The notes: a model not told the origin generated them from the sequence alone. A DNA stretch of 64,000 bases from Candidatus Poribacteria bacterium (GCA_965205025.1 CBDBFU010000010.1:27233-91232), one strand, 5' to 3'; shown: positions 21,024-30,937, counted from the first letter of the stretch. Numbers and translations: made by a program.

Positions 21024-21300
21024 TACCATTTCTATAAATGTCTATCCTATGAACAGTTGTAATACATGTCTTGAAATACCGCACTATAAGCGTCAATTTA
21101 GTGGTTTTCCCAGGCCGGTAGGTGCGATTTCCTAATCGCACTGGATCCTTCGCGAAAAACTTTATGAACGCAATTGGAACAAACCCGGTTCGGTTAGGAA
21201 ACCGAACCTACCGACCTGAAATTTATAGCGTACTTCTCCTTAAATTGACGCTAATGATGTCTTGAAATACCGCACAAACTGGAAGTTTATGCTACATTAA
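21024..21300. mobile_element. Nested MITE/REP composite
   Basis: TACCATTTCTA-type element interrupted by a TATAAGCGTCAATTTA..TAAATTGACGCTAATG element (21085-21256) flanked by a 19-bp direct repeat; contains two GTAGG REP-like hairpins. Confidence 0.75.
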
Positions 21301-21515
21301 ACCTTAACACTTGGATGATGTAATCGAAAAATGTGTTAATATTTTCGGCTTGAAATGATTTCACTTTCACGGAAACCTTCACGGAGCAATTTTACGAAGC
21401 CTTATTCTATAAGGGTTTATAATTTTAAGTAGACCAATTTTCCGTGAATCACGCATGTTAATAATTATTTAACTTATCGGGCAATTTTTAGACATAGCAC
21501 TCCGCTGGAGTGCGG
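21301..21515. repeat. Dispersed ~200-bp repeat, copy 1 (inverted copy at ~59415-59650)
   Basis: ttcacggaaaccttcacggagcaatt..gccttattctataagggtttataatt..agaccaattttccgtgaatcac. Confidence 0.8.
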
Positions 21516-21796
21516 GATTGCTGTGCTTCACTGCTATAGACATATAACTCCGCTGGAGCAAGACGCACAACTGAAAAGTGGGGCAATTGACATTGACATA
21601 TCAATTGTCAATTTTGTATAATAGTCGTTGTATGAAAAGAACTTTGACAAAATCAGTTGACAATTGACAATCTTGTATAATAGTCGTTTTAATATTATTC
21701 TATAAGGAGCATACAATCAGTGATGCGGATTGACCAAAGACCTGCAGAGACTTTTTTTAAATAGAGAGCTGGGTATAAAGGATTTTCCTGTAGGAC

Positions 21797-22234
21797 TTGG
21801 AATTGTCTGGCAATATGGAAAACGGAGATAAACGTTCAACTATTTTTACTGTTCAGAATGCAGAGGAAACTATCGTTACATTTTTATGGATTGTGTTAGG
21901 TCTAATCATAATCGTTTATGTAGTCGCATTCTATTTATCTAAAAGTATTATCAATTCTTTTCTACTCTTAATTAACAACACAACTAAGATAATGTCAGGA
22001 GCAACATTGCTTCTGCTGTTACGGGAAGGAGTGGCAACTATGTTTCTTAGACGCGCACGAAGAGAGCGTCAGAAATTGAAAGAAGAAAAAAAGAAGAGAG
22101 ATCAAGAAATCGCTCAAATCAGAGCCGATGCCCAAGCTGAATACGCTAAGAGAATTAACGAGTGGGATGAGCGTAGAAAGACAGCTGAAGCACAAGGTAA
22201 GGAGTTTACTGAACCACTACCACCACCTGAGTAA
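21797..22234 (+). CDS. Hypothetical membrane protein with coiled-coil/Pro-rich tail (5' end possibly frameshifted)
   Basis: TM segment, charged helix, EPLPPPE end. Confidence 0.55.
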   Translation: MELSGNMENGDKRSTIFTVQNAEETIVTFLWIVLGLIIIVYVVAFYLSKSIINSFLLLINNTTKIMSGATLLLLLREGVATMFLRRARRERQKLKEEKKKRDQEIAQIRADAQAEYAKRINEWDERRKTAEAQGKEFTEPLPPPE

Positions 22235-22457
22235 TAAAGGAGAATATAAAGATTCTAAAAAATCATTTTTTAGAATGTTTATTGTTTTTTAGTTCTGTTG
22301 ATGTCTGCTGCATTGGAAGTTGTAGCAGGTCGCGTCAGCGTCAAAGCGTATTACCGTAAAGACGGTACTTCTTATGTGAGACCTCACTATCGAACGGCAC
22401 CTGAAAATCAAAGCAGAATATTGACGAGGGAAAGTATACTAAACTTGCTATCTTATC

Positions 22458-22742
22458 ATGAATGTATCCGAGCTTGAACATGTCATTGACGATGAACTTC
22501 ATGCCTTAGTCCAAAAACTTGACCCAAAACTACAAGAGAGAGTCTATAAACAATTCAATCTACTCATGGATATGCCGTTATATCCTTCGCTTCACCTCAA
22601 GAAAGTAAAGTGACAAAAGAGTGAACAGTGGTCGATATACATTAGTAGAAACTATCGCGCTCTCGGATACGAAAATGAAGGTGTCGTCAGATGGTATTGG
22701 GTCGGACATCACAGTGAATATGATAAAATCTTGAAATCGTGA
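22458..22742 (+). pseudogene. RelE/ParE-like toxin with in-frame TGA (22611-22613)
   Basis: MNVSELEH...YPSLHLKKVK*QKSEQWSIYISRNYRALG...WYWVGHHSEYDKIL; not in ORF track. Confidence 0.8.
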
Positions 22743-22780
22743 CAGTATAAAAAGAATAGAAGAAAACTTTTCATATTGAA

Positions 22781-22818
22781 GGATAATAGGCGTGCTTGCC
22801 AAGCACGCCTATTATCCT
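22781..22818. repeat. Near-perfect palindrome/terminator-like hairpin
   Basis: ggataataggcgtgcttg-ccaagcacgcctattatcc. Confidence 0.6.
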
Positions 22819-22843
22819 TTACACGATTCGGGTTGAAACAAGA

Positions 22844-23110
22844 ATGGATTATAGAAAGTTTTTCATACACGTTGCTTTACTTGTACTTCTCACTTGTGGC
22901 ATTATTGTTTTCATCACGTACACTTATACCAGTGAAACACCAGATATACTGAGTGTTTCTGTGGTGATTATGGTCCTGAAGCTACTGATTTTTGGCGGAG
23001 TGGTTCTCGCGCACTTATATTTGACCTATATTGTATTGCTATTTCTGTTTCGGTTGCTTCAAAAGTTGCTTCAGTTTATTTCCCACTTGATGCGTAGTAT
23101 ATCGCGTTAA
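22844..23110 (+). CDS. Small hypothetical membrane protein
   Basis: Hydrophobic ORF from MDYRKFF. Confidence 0.45.
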   Translation: MDYRKFFIHVALLVLLTCGIIVFITYTYTSETPDILSVSVVIMVLKLLIFGGVVLAHLYLTYIVLLFLFRLLQKLLQFISHLMRSISR

Positions 23111-23117
23111 GGAAATG

Positions 23118-24893
23118 TTATTCATATCGGCTATTTATCTTATGTGCGTTTGGCATTTTGACATACACACCACCTGTTTGTATTGCGACTTGTTGTTGAA
23201 ACTTATCAGAAGTTCCAATCACACTTACGACGACAGGTATATCTTTTAGATAGCCGATAGTTCCTGCTATAGAAAATTTTGGGTCTCCAGGTTCATCCGT
23301 GATGAAAATAAAATGTGTTTTTGCCTTTGCTCGTATTTTGAGGCGTCTGGTAGCATCAGTAATTGCTTGAAGTAGGTTTTCATCGTCAGAATAAGGTAGT
23401 TTTAATATGCTGTGTATTTTCTCTTGTGTTTGTGGTGGTTTGTAGACATTTACCATATTGACACCTTGTTTTGCGCGGAAGCGCACAACCCCTAATCTAT
23501 AGTCAATCAGTGCGATATCCCAATCGCGTATCCAAAAATCTATCTGTTGCTTGAGATACGGCATTTTATCTTCCATGCTTTTACTGCCATCAATAAACAA
23601 GATAATATCTACTGGCATACTTGCGGCATCTTTTAGTATTACTTTGCTGATTGTCTGAGTGGTACGTGGACTACTTATAGGTGTAGGTGTTTTTTGCACA
23701 ATTGTATCTTCTGGAACAGCGTGCCATATCCCTCCTGTTTCTCTTGCGAGACGTTTGTGATCTTGATTGTCAACACCAAGCACATTCACATGAATTTGTT
23801 TTTTTTGACATTGCTGGATGACTTGATGTGCTGTTAGCCCTTGTCGACTTGTGAGTTGTTGTTCATCTGAGACGAGAATAAGATGTTTGATGGTATTTTT
23901 ACGGAACCGCATTTTTTTCACAGTTTCATCAATTGCGTCCAATAGGTTTTGACCACCACCCGCTTGTATTGCGTAGAGTGGGTGTTTTATATAGTCAACA
24001 TTTGTTGTCAACGGGTGCACCTCAATATAGTTCTCCCCGTTTCCAATTGTTGTGAATAGGGTAAGTCCAAGCGCATAGTCACTTTCCGATGCTTCGTAAA
24101 CATCAATCATTTGCCCCAGATGTTGTGGAACAGCCTTTATATTATCTACCATAGAGCCACTGGTATCGACAACAAATACTACATCAATCGGTGCCCCGGC
24201 ACTTTTTCCTATAATATCTTCAGCAATGCTCTTTATAGTGTTGCCAAACAATGAGCCGCCTCCTCCTACACCTGCGCCAATCTCAGCAACACCGTCCGCC
24301 GTACCTGTACCTGTGCCTGTGCCTCTCATGTTTAGTCCTTTCCCTATCCCCTTACCTTTTCCAGGCGATTTCACACCGGTTCCCTTGCGTCTGCTATAAC
24401 TTTTTGTGAGTGTGTCACCTATATCCGAAGCAGTAGAAGAGAGGATGGATTCTGCGGATGCAGTCAACTTCGCATCTGTAGATAAATTGGGTGTCTCGGA
24501 CAATTCGGGTGGGTTGACATCTATATTTTTGGGGGCAGGGGATTGCATACCTCCGCCTGCGCGAGCAGGTGTGTCCATTTTCTTTATCTCTACGGATTGT
24601 TCAGGCTTTACAACGTTTACCTGCTTCCGGATAGTTCTCTTTTCCAGTGTTGGCATTTCTACCTTTGGTTTCGGGATCTCTTTCTTAAGAATAGGCATCG
24701 GTTGTTTCTTAGTGATCCGTGGCAACTCTTTAATAAACTCTATCTCCATTTCGTCTTCTATAACTGACACTTCAGTTTGAATAAAAAAGAGAGCATACAC
24801 GATAATCATAATGACATGGACAACCACAGAAATCCGCAGTGCGTATTTACGATATTTTGCCCGTAGAACTTTATGCATAAGCCATTTATTCAT
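23118..24893 (-). CDS. Membrane-anchored double VWA-domain protein
   Basis: N-terminal TM, Gly-rich linker, DVVFVVDTSGSM and DIILFIDGSKSM MIDAS motifs. Confidence 0.88.
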   Translation of the reverse strand: MNKWLMHKVLRAKYRKYALRISVVVHVIMIIVYALFFIQTEVSVIEDEMEIEFIKELPRITKKQPMPILKKEIPKPKVEMPTLEKRTIRKQVNVVKPEQSVEIKKMDTPARAGGGMQSPAPKNIDVNPPELSETPNLSTDAKLTASAESILSSTASDIGDTLTKSYSRRKGTGVKSPGKGKGIGKGLNMRGTGTGTGTADGVAEIGAGVGGGGSLFGNTIKSIAEDIIGKSAGAPIDVVFVVDTSGSMVDNIKAVPQHLGQMIDVYEASESDYALGLTLFTTIGNGENYIEVHPLTTNVDYIKHPLYAIQAGGGQNLLDAIDETVKKMRFRKNTIKHLILVSDEQQLTSRQGLTAHQVIQQCQKKQIHVNVLGVDNQDHKRLARETGGIWHAVPEDTIVQKTPTPISSPRTTQTISKVILKDAASMPVDIILFIDGSKSMEDKMPYLKQQIDFWIRDWDIALIDYRLGVVRFRAKQGVNMVNVYKPPQTQEKIHSILKLPYSDDENLLQAITDATRRLKIRAKAKTHFIFITDEPGDPKFSIAGTIGYLKDIPVVVSVIGTSDKFQQQVAIQTGGVYVKMPNAHKINSRYE

Positions 24894-24905
24894 AGCAATT
24901 CTTCC

Positions 24906-26030
24906 TTATTTAGACTTGATATGCAGATGCACATCTGTTATTGCCAGTGGGGTTTGATATTTATCTAACACCTCTATTCTAAGTCTGACTTTTTTTGTCC
25001 GAGCTTGTTTATCCGCAGTAATCGGCATACGCATTGTTTCAAATCCGTTTTTAGCGATGTTGAAGGTTTTATCAGACATTTTATATCGCAAGTTCCCGAT
25101 TGTTTTTGGGAGTATACGGACTTTCAGATCTTTCGCAGTTCCGCCCTGATTAGAGATTATCAACTTGAGTCTAACACTTTCACCCGCTTCAATGTAGCCG
25201 TCCTTATTGTCCGGTTCTTCTAAAGTGGTATCAATTGAGATTTCGGGTGGCGTGGGTTGTGGTAAAATCATTTTGAAACCACCATATCTATATGCGATAA
25301 ATACGGCAGTCATAAGAATAGCGATGGGAACTAAGTATTTTATGAGTTTCTTCTGTAGTCGCCTCTGTCTTTCTTTGTTTGCCAGATAAGCGATGCCTTC
25401 TTGGAGTTGTTGTGCAGGCTGGTATGATGGATTAAGCCGTAATGCCTCGTCTACTTGGGTCTTGGCATCCGTCAACACGCCAGTTTCCATGTAGCTTTGT
25501 GCGAGATTGTAATGAGCGATGGCATGGTTCGGTGAAGCTTTCAGCACTTTCTTGAATGCTGTTTCGGCTTGTGGATATTGCTTATTTGCAAGGAATACGA
25601 TACCGCGCTCCAACTCTGTGTCAATATCAATATCATTTTCTTTGGGTGGTGTTTTCTCTTTTTCAGGAAGGGTTGTCGGGTTAGGTTGCTTTGGCGTATC
25701 TTCTTTTTCAACGGGTTTCTCGATCACATTGGGTTGTTCTGTCGGAAGGACAGCTACTTGTGGTGTTGCGGGCATACTCGGTTCAATGGCTTGTAGAAAG
25801 GAGAGTATAGGTTGGTAGGTTATATCAATCCGTAGGGCTTCTCTTGCAGCGTCTTTTGCGTCTTGGAGTCGTTGCTGCTGTAAGTAGGCAAGGGCGAGGG
25901 CGTGATAGGCTTCAATAAAATCTGAATCAAGGGATATAGCCTGCTCAAAGTGTGTTACTGCTTCATCATATTGCCCCTCTCTTAGATATGCGTTCCCCAG
26001 TGTGTAGTGTCCATCTCTGATTTCGTTCAT
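24906..26030 (-). CDS. TPR-containing membrane protein
   Basis: Two TPR clusters, TM helix, C-terminal Ig-like region. Confidence 0.8.
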   Translation of the reverse strand: MNEIRDGHYTLGNAYLREGQYDEAVTHFEQAISLDSDFIEAYHALALAYLQQQRLQDAKDAAREALRIDITYQPILSFLQAIEPSMPATPQVAVLPTEQPNVIEKPVEKEDTPKQPNPTTLPEKEKTPPKENDIDIDTELERGIVFLANKQYPQAETAFKKVLKASPNHAIAHYNLAQSYMETGVLTDAKTQVDEALRLNPSYQPAQQLQEGIAYLANKERQRRLQKKLIKYLVPIAILMTAVFIAYRYGGFKMILPQPTPPEISIDTTLEEPDNKDGYIEAGESVRLKLIISNQGGTAKDLKVRILPKTIGNLRYKMSDKTFNIAKNGFETMRMPITADKQARTKKVRLRIEVLDKYQTPLAITDVHLHIKSK

Positions 26031-26109
26031 AGCCTCGCAATACCTCTGGTTTGTGGTAAACACATCATAACATGCACGTCGTAGGGGTTATCCTTTTGCT
26101 GAGTTCATA

Positions 26110-26490
26110 TTATGGATTGGTCTTAGATTTATGCTTGTCTATCCGTTCCTGCCGTTCTTTCCGTAAATCTCTGAACATATATTTAAAAGATTTTTTTATG
26201 CCTGTATTTGGGTATTTCACGGATAGATACACCGAAAGATGTAATGCACCGACTGCGATTGTAACCAATGTCTCTAACACCAACTCAAGATCCGAATAGA
26301 AAATGCTAGCCATAATGAAAGAAGCGAGAAAAAAGTAAAGGCATTGTACTAAACCTGAATCACTCATGCTAAATTTTTCTCTATCCGCATTTACTATCAT
26401 CCGTAAAACAAGATAAATGATTGTTGTATAATAGTATGCGATACATGTGGACACAAAGAATCGTAATATCCGAATCAGTATATCTACCAT
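26110..26490 (-). CDS. Hypothetical membrane protein
   Basis: 126-aa ORF, three hydrophobic segments. Confidence 0.55.
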   Translation of the reverse strand: MVDILIRILRFFVSTCIAYYYTTIIYLVLRMIVNADREKFSMSDSGLVQCLYFFLASFIMASIFYSDLELVLETLVTIAVGALHLSVYLSVKYPNTGIKKSFKYMFRDLRKERQERIDKHKSKTNP

Positions 26491-26572
26491 AGTGAATGTT
26501 GCCAGTGATTTTATTTACACGCAACTGGCTGCGTTTGATTTTAGGATTGTGGGTTCTGTATGTCAATACATG

Positions 26573-26776
26573 TGTCCGAGTATTGACACAATGGATTTTA
26601 GGAGTGTGAGCCTTACCATCGCTTATTTCTTCTGGTTTGTGCTAAACACCTAAGCGATGTTCATAGCAGCATTGACGTCCTGTTTGGTTCATAGTATTTG
26701 ATCGCCACTAAAGTTCTATTTCAACTTTTATTATATCATAAATGTACCAAATTGGTAAATAACAGCATTCTATAGA
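26573..26776 (-). repeat. ~200-bp duplicate of the HNH gene upstream region and first codons (other copy 30733-30937)
   Basis: tgtgtccgagtattgacacaatggatttt...aaatgtaccaaattggtaaat..cagcattctataga near-identical. Confidence 0.9.
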
Positions 26777-27075
26777 TTTATAGAAATCAAAGGATATTTT
26801 ATAACTATGAAAATACAACATTATTCGTTAGGCGACATTGGTTGTATTTTGATTCTACTCTTTTGTATAGCGGGGTGTTCCGATGTGTCTTTAGACTTAA
26901 ATGTTCAGATGGAGGGTATAACGGAATCAGGAAGGGAATGTCGGATTCAATATTAACTATTTATGGCATTCCTATTAAGGTAATGTGTACGTGTTGTTCA
27001 AAATTTGCATGCGTTTGGCGGGTTTTTCATAGTGCTGCAATAGAATGTTCTTTTGTGTCAGGAAATTGTTCTTTA

Positions 27076-27197
27076 CAACGTGAGTTTGATAATAGATATA
27101 TGTACTTCATTTTTCAATAATTTTAATCTTATTGACCCAGTAGGTGTGGTTTCCTAAACACACCGAACATAAAATCTGATTTATCAAACTCCCGTTC
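27076..27197. mobile_element. MITE, AACGTGAGTTTGATAA family with GTAGG hairpin
   Basis: caacgtgagtttgataa / ttatcaaactcccgttc; short (c)ttta direct repeat. Confidence 0.65.
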
Positions 27198-27248
27198 TTT
27201 ATAGCATCATAAAACTATGAAATTATAAGGCTATAGGATTGTATGGTT

Positions 27249-27419
27249 CTATTTTTTAAAAGTACTTGCGATAGAAGTCCAAGCCAGATATATTCCAGTG
27301 ATAGTGATCCCCATAATAACGATTGCTTCAAACCCAGTGTCAAATTTCTCATAAAATACTTCGCGAACGAGCATCATGGTCATAAATATTAAAAATATAA
27401 ACGAAACTATAAATCTCAT
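27249..27419 (-). CDS. 56-aa membrane microprotein
   Basis: MRFIVSFIFLIFMTMMLVREVFYEKFDTGFEAIVIMGITITGIYLAWTSIASTFKK; aggtagg RBS; below ORF-track cutoff. Confidence 0.5.
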   Translation of the reverse strand: MRFIVSFIFLIFMTMMLVREVFYEKFDTGFEAIVIMGITITGIYLAWTSIASTFKK

Positions 27420-27612
27420 ATTAAACCTACCTTAAAGAATGTAAGCGTAAGTTTATAAGATTTCGTTTATTGTGTCAAGTTGAAACGATAGGCGAATAAA
27501 CTTGACTTCGTTGAAAACTTCTAATATATTAACTTTAATGGATAAGAATATCAGATCTACCTCTGGTAAAATCTTACCCTTATCTAAGAACCTAATACAA
27601 GGAGCATTTATT

Positions 27613-27780
27613 ATGTTAGACAAAAAGACCAATTCAATCAAAAAACAACCCAAAAACAAAAAACGGATTACAACACCTAAACGGAAAAAGAGGAAATACA
27701 ATCCCTATATGGTTGCGGGGGGTGATTCCGAGGGAAAAGTAACTTACACTTATCCCACTGGTAATTCTGAAGATTATTAG
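27613..27780 (+). CDS. Small basic hypothetical protein
   Basis: aggag RBS then MLDKKTNSIKKQPK... Confidence 0.35.
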   Translation: MLDKKTNSIKKQPKNKKRITTPKRKKRKYNPYMVAGGDSEGKVTYTYPTGNSEDY

Positions 27781-27785
27781 AATTA

Positions 27786-28688
27786 TAGTTAAAAGCAAAA
27801 ATACCTTTACATTTTTCTGATTTTGTGATAATAGTTATATTATGAGATATTCACCAGACTTACGAAAACGCGTTCTTGATTTCATAGCAGCAGGTGGTAG
27901 TAAAGCAGAAGCTTCCCGTAGATTTCAAGTTTCACGCAGATCTATCTACAACTGGTTAGACGCAGTAGATCCTTTTACTTATGAAAAACCGGGGCCTCGT
28001 AAACCTTATCGGCTTGACCCAGAAGCACTCGCTGAACATGTCAAAGAATTCCCAGACAGCACGCAGAAGGAGCGTGCTGCACATTTTGGCGTGTCACAGC
28101 GGTGTATCTGTTATGGTCTGAAGCGGATCGGATGCACGCGAAAAAAAGACATTTACCTATAAAGAACAATGCCCAGTCAAACAGGAGGCCTATCTCACCC
28201 AACTTCAGACAGCACTTGTGAACGGAAAAACACCTGTTTTTGTTGAGGAAAGCGGTTTTAGCACAGAAAGTGTTCGTCAGTTCGCTTATGCGCCAAGAGG
28301 GGTTTGCGTATCGGATAAAATCTCAAGCAATCGGTATAGATGCACTACGCTGATTGCTGCACAAATACAAGGGCGTTTCACGGCTCCTGTACTTTTTGAA
28401 GGTGCTTGTGATACGCTTGCCTTCAATGCGTGGCTTGAGAGCGTGCTGTGTCCACTACTTGACGCATCATACGTTGTCATATTGGATAATGCGTCTTTCC
28501 ATAAAAGCCAGCAAACAGAGGCATTGATTGCTGCCTGTGGTGCGAGTTTACTTTTTTTACCTCCGTATTCGCCTGAACTCAATCCTATTGAAAGAGATTT
28601 CGCGAACATAAAACGTAAATGGGAATACAATGCTGAAGCGTCAATCGATGAAATCGTAAAAATGTATAAATAATTATGATTTCCACTA
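27786..28688 (+). mobile_element. IS630-family insertion sequence, copy 2
   Basis: Near-identical to copy 1, TA duplication; first catalytic Asp changed to Glu (VEES). Confidence 0.95.
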
Positions 28689-28724
28689 TAAATATTTCTC
28701 AAAATACGGAGGGAGGAAATATCA

Positions 28725-29186
28725 ATGAAAACTGTTTTATTTTTTTCAATACTACTCTGTTTAATAACGGTGCCGACTTTTGGCGAGCTGTTACCTGCAG
28801 ACCTTGATAAGATCCGTTTGATTGTCAAAGAAGAAAACGCTCCTATAAAGGCTGAAATCGCATCTATAAAAACTGATATTGCCTGGGTGCGTGGTAAATT
28901 TGAGGGTGTTGATGAACAGTTCGAGAGCGTTAGTAAACAAATCACACATGCAACAAATGTCACATACGCCCTCATAGCCCTTATTGTGTTCGCTGTTGGT
29001 ATTCCACAGATCATCATTGCAAGGCGTAGTAAAAAGGAGTTCGGAAACGTGGTAAAGCTTGAAACCCTCACACGCGAAGAAATTGAGGCAATAATCGAAA
29101 CCCTCACACGCGAAATTAAAGAAAATAATGAAACCCTTACACGCGAAGTCGAGGCCTTGAAACAGCAGCACATTGCCAATCCTTGA
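28725..29186 (+). CDS. Secreted/membrane coiled-coil protein (paralog of 58086)
   Basis: Signal peptide, DLDKIRLIVKEE, GIPQII TM, ETLTRE repeats, KQQHIANP end. Confidence 0.8.
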   Translation: MKTVLFFSILLCLITVPTFGELLPADLDKIRLIVKEENAPIKAEIASIKTDIAWVRGKFEGVDEQFESVSKQITHATNVTYALIALIVFAVGIPQIIIARRSKKEFGNVVKLETLTREEIEAIIETLTREIKENNETLTREVEALKQQHIANP

Positions 29187-29227
29187 TTCTTTTCATGAAA
29201 TAATTCTCTCAGCTATCTTTTGCCTTT

Positions 29228-29509
29228 TTACTCCCATTTAATGACGCATTTGTTACTCAATGCGTCAGGTTCTGGATGGAACGGAGACGTTACACCTATG
29301 ACTGCTATTTCCCATGTATCAGCACTAACACTAACAATCAAGCTGTCTGCTAATAGATTTAGTCGTTCAGCAATTGTCTCTTCTTCCCAGGAATCCAATG
29401 TATACATTTCTTCACACACATACGTAGTCATACCCTTGAAAGTCAAAAAAGCATAAGTAAGATAGTGTGTTTCAGGGTAAATCCCTAATAATTTTGATGG
29501 GTAATACAT
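29228..29509 (-). CDS. Hypothetical protein
   Basis: 93-aa ORF co-oriented with neighbours. Confidence 0.4.
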   Translation of the reverse strand: MYYPSKLLGIYPETHYLTYAFLTFKGMTTYVCEEMYTLDSWEEETIAERLNLLADSLIVSVSADTWEIAVIGVTSPFHPEPDALSNKCVIKWE

Positions 29510-29546
29510 ACTATCTTAATAAGCACAGCATTACGGACTAAAATAC

Positions 29547-29795
29547 CTACGAAATGTCATTTTCCGAATCGTTATTTTTCTTACGGTTCATACAAAATAA
29601 AATAATATTGCCAACAATCCATGCTAAAAACCACCAAATGCCGAGTCCAAGCAACTGATACGGCCACGTAGCAGCACCAACAACTAATACTACTATAGAA
29701 CCAATCACGGCAAACGCAAAACAAGCAGACTTTAACCGATGTCTTTTTGTGACAATTGCAATAATGATTAAAAGAATGATTAAAGACACAATCAT
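29547..29795 (-). CDS. Small hypothetical membrane protein
   Basis: Three hydrophobic segments, aggag RBS. Confidence 0.6.
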   Translation of the reverse strand: MIVSLIILLIIIAIVTKRHRLKSACFAFAVIGSIVVLVVGAATWPYQLLGLGIWWFLAWIVGNIILFCMNRKKNNDSENDIS

Positions 29796-29834
29796 AGGAC
29801 TAATAATCTCCTACCTTCGTGGCAAACTTGGTTG

Positions 29835-30344
29835 TTATTTCTTTTTAATATGAATTATCCCTAAATTATCTAATGCCTCTGCAAATACTTGTCTTGGTGT
29901 TTGCTGAGGTCTGTATTGTTCATAATGGATAGGCAATTGTATCACTGCTAAAATTTCCTGTGTTTCTCGCTTCGAAATCTTAACCTGTTGCATTGTTTCG
30001 TATGATTGTACAATGTAGTCCGCTGTAAAATCATCCAATTCAAAATACCATTCGGTTTTAGATGCTTTTTGAGTTGACCTCTCTGCTTTGTTTTTCTCTT
30101 TTTCATGGGCTGCTTGTTCTTGCTCAACATATTTTATCGCAGGTCGCAAATGGACACTGACGTGGCAACTGATAAGGATATGTTCAATTTTATTAGAGAA
30201 AGCAATTTCGCGTTCTGTGTAGTCTAAAGGGAGGACAATAAAAGACGGATTCTTCGGAACATTGCGATAGACAACAAAATTGGTCGTGTGTGAACTACAG
30301 CCAACTAAGGTTGATATAAAGATTAACAGAAAAATAGTTTTCAT
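29835..30344 (-). CDS. Hypothetical lipoprotein
   Basis: MKTIFLLIFISTLVGC lipobox, aaggag RBS. Confidence 0.7.
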   Translation of the reverse strand: MKTIFLLIFISTLVGCSSHTTNFVVYRNVPKNPSFIVLPLDYTEREIAFSNKIEHILISCHVSVHLRPAIKYVEQEQAAHEKEKNKAERSTQKASKTEWYFELDDFTADYIVQSYETMQQVKISKRETQEILAVIQLPIHYEQYRPQQTPRQVFAEALDNLGIIHIKKK

Positions 30345-30430
30345 TATATTATCTCTCCTTGTGATCGTATGTTCGCTGTTTAGATCACCATTATTAACTA
30401 TTTGTGCCGTTCTTATTAAGGTAAAATTAT

Positions 30431-30781
30431 TCATTTATTCGTGTCGTGTATTTTTGAGTGGCAGTCTTTACACAGTGCGGTGAGGTCTGTGTCTTTCTCG
30501 TTGTAAATGCGTTCGTATGTCTCATGATGCACTTGAGTTGCCCGTTCTCCACATTTACGACATTTATAGTTCGCCATTCTGAGTATTTTGCGTCTTTTCG
30601 CTTTCCATTCTTTAGACTGGAGATACTCATGATAGTTCTCGCGTCTAAAGTCCCATAGCAAGGACTTTAAAGCTTTAGATGTGTTGTCAGTATGGTTTTT
30701 CTTGACCGATCGATTGTTTTTGCGTGTGTTTTTGTGTCCGAGTATTGACACAATGGATTTTAGGAGTGTAAGCCTTGCCAT
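30431..30781 (-). CDS. HNH endonuclease-like protein
   Basis: YLQSKEW..KR, CRKCG, QVHH.TY, LCKDCHSKIH. Confidence 0.85.
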   Translation of the reverse strand: MARLTLLKSIVSILGHKNTRKNNRSVKKNHTDNTSKALKSLLWDFRRENYHEYLQSKEWKAKRRKILRMANYKCRKCGERATQVHHETYERIYNEKDTDLTALCKDCHSKIHDTNK

Positions 30782-30937
30782 CGCTTATTTCCTCTGGTTT
30801 GTGCTAAACACCTAAGCGATGTTCATAGCAGCATTTGATGTCCTGTTTGGTTCATAGTATTGATCGCCACTAAAGTTCTATTTCAACTTTATTATATCAT
30901 AAATGTACCAAATTGGTAAATAGCAGCATTCTATAGA

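Noticed and set aside
22611-22613. Selenocysteine or stop recoding of the TGA
   Set aside because: No Cys-type context or evident SECIS; TGA is used as a normal stop elsewhere, including at the end of this gene
28286-29179. 297-aa minus-strand ORF
   Set aside because: Antisense shadow of IS630 orfB and the 28725 gene
26100-30800. Integron cassette array
   Set aside because: Small orphan ORFs are co-oriented but I found no attC-like RYYYAAC..GTTRRRY structures and no integrase
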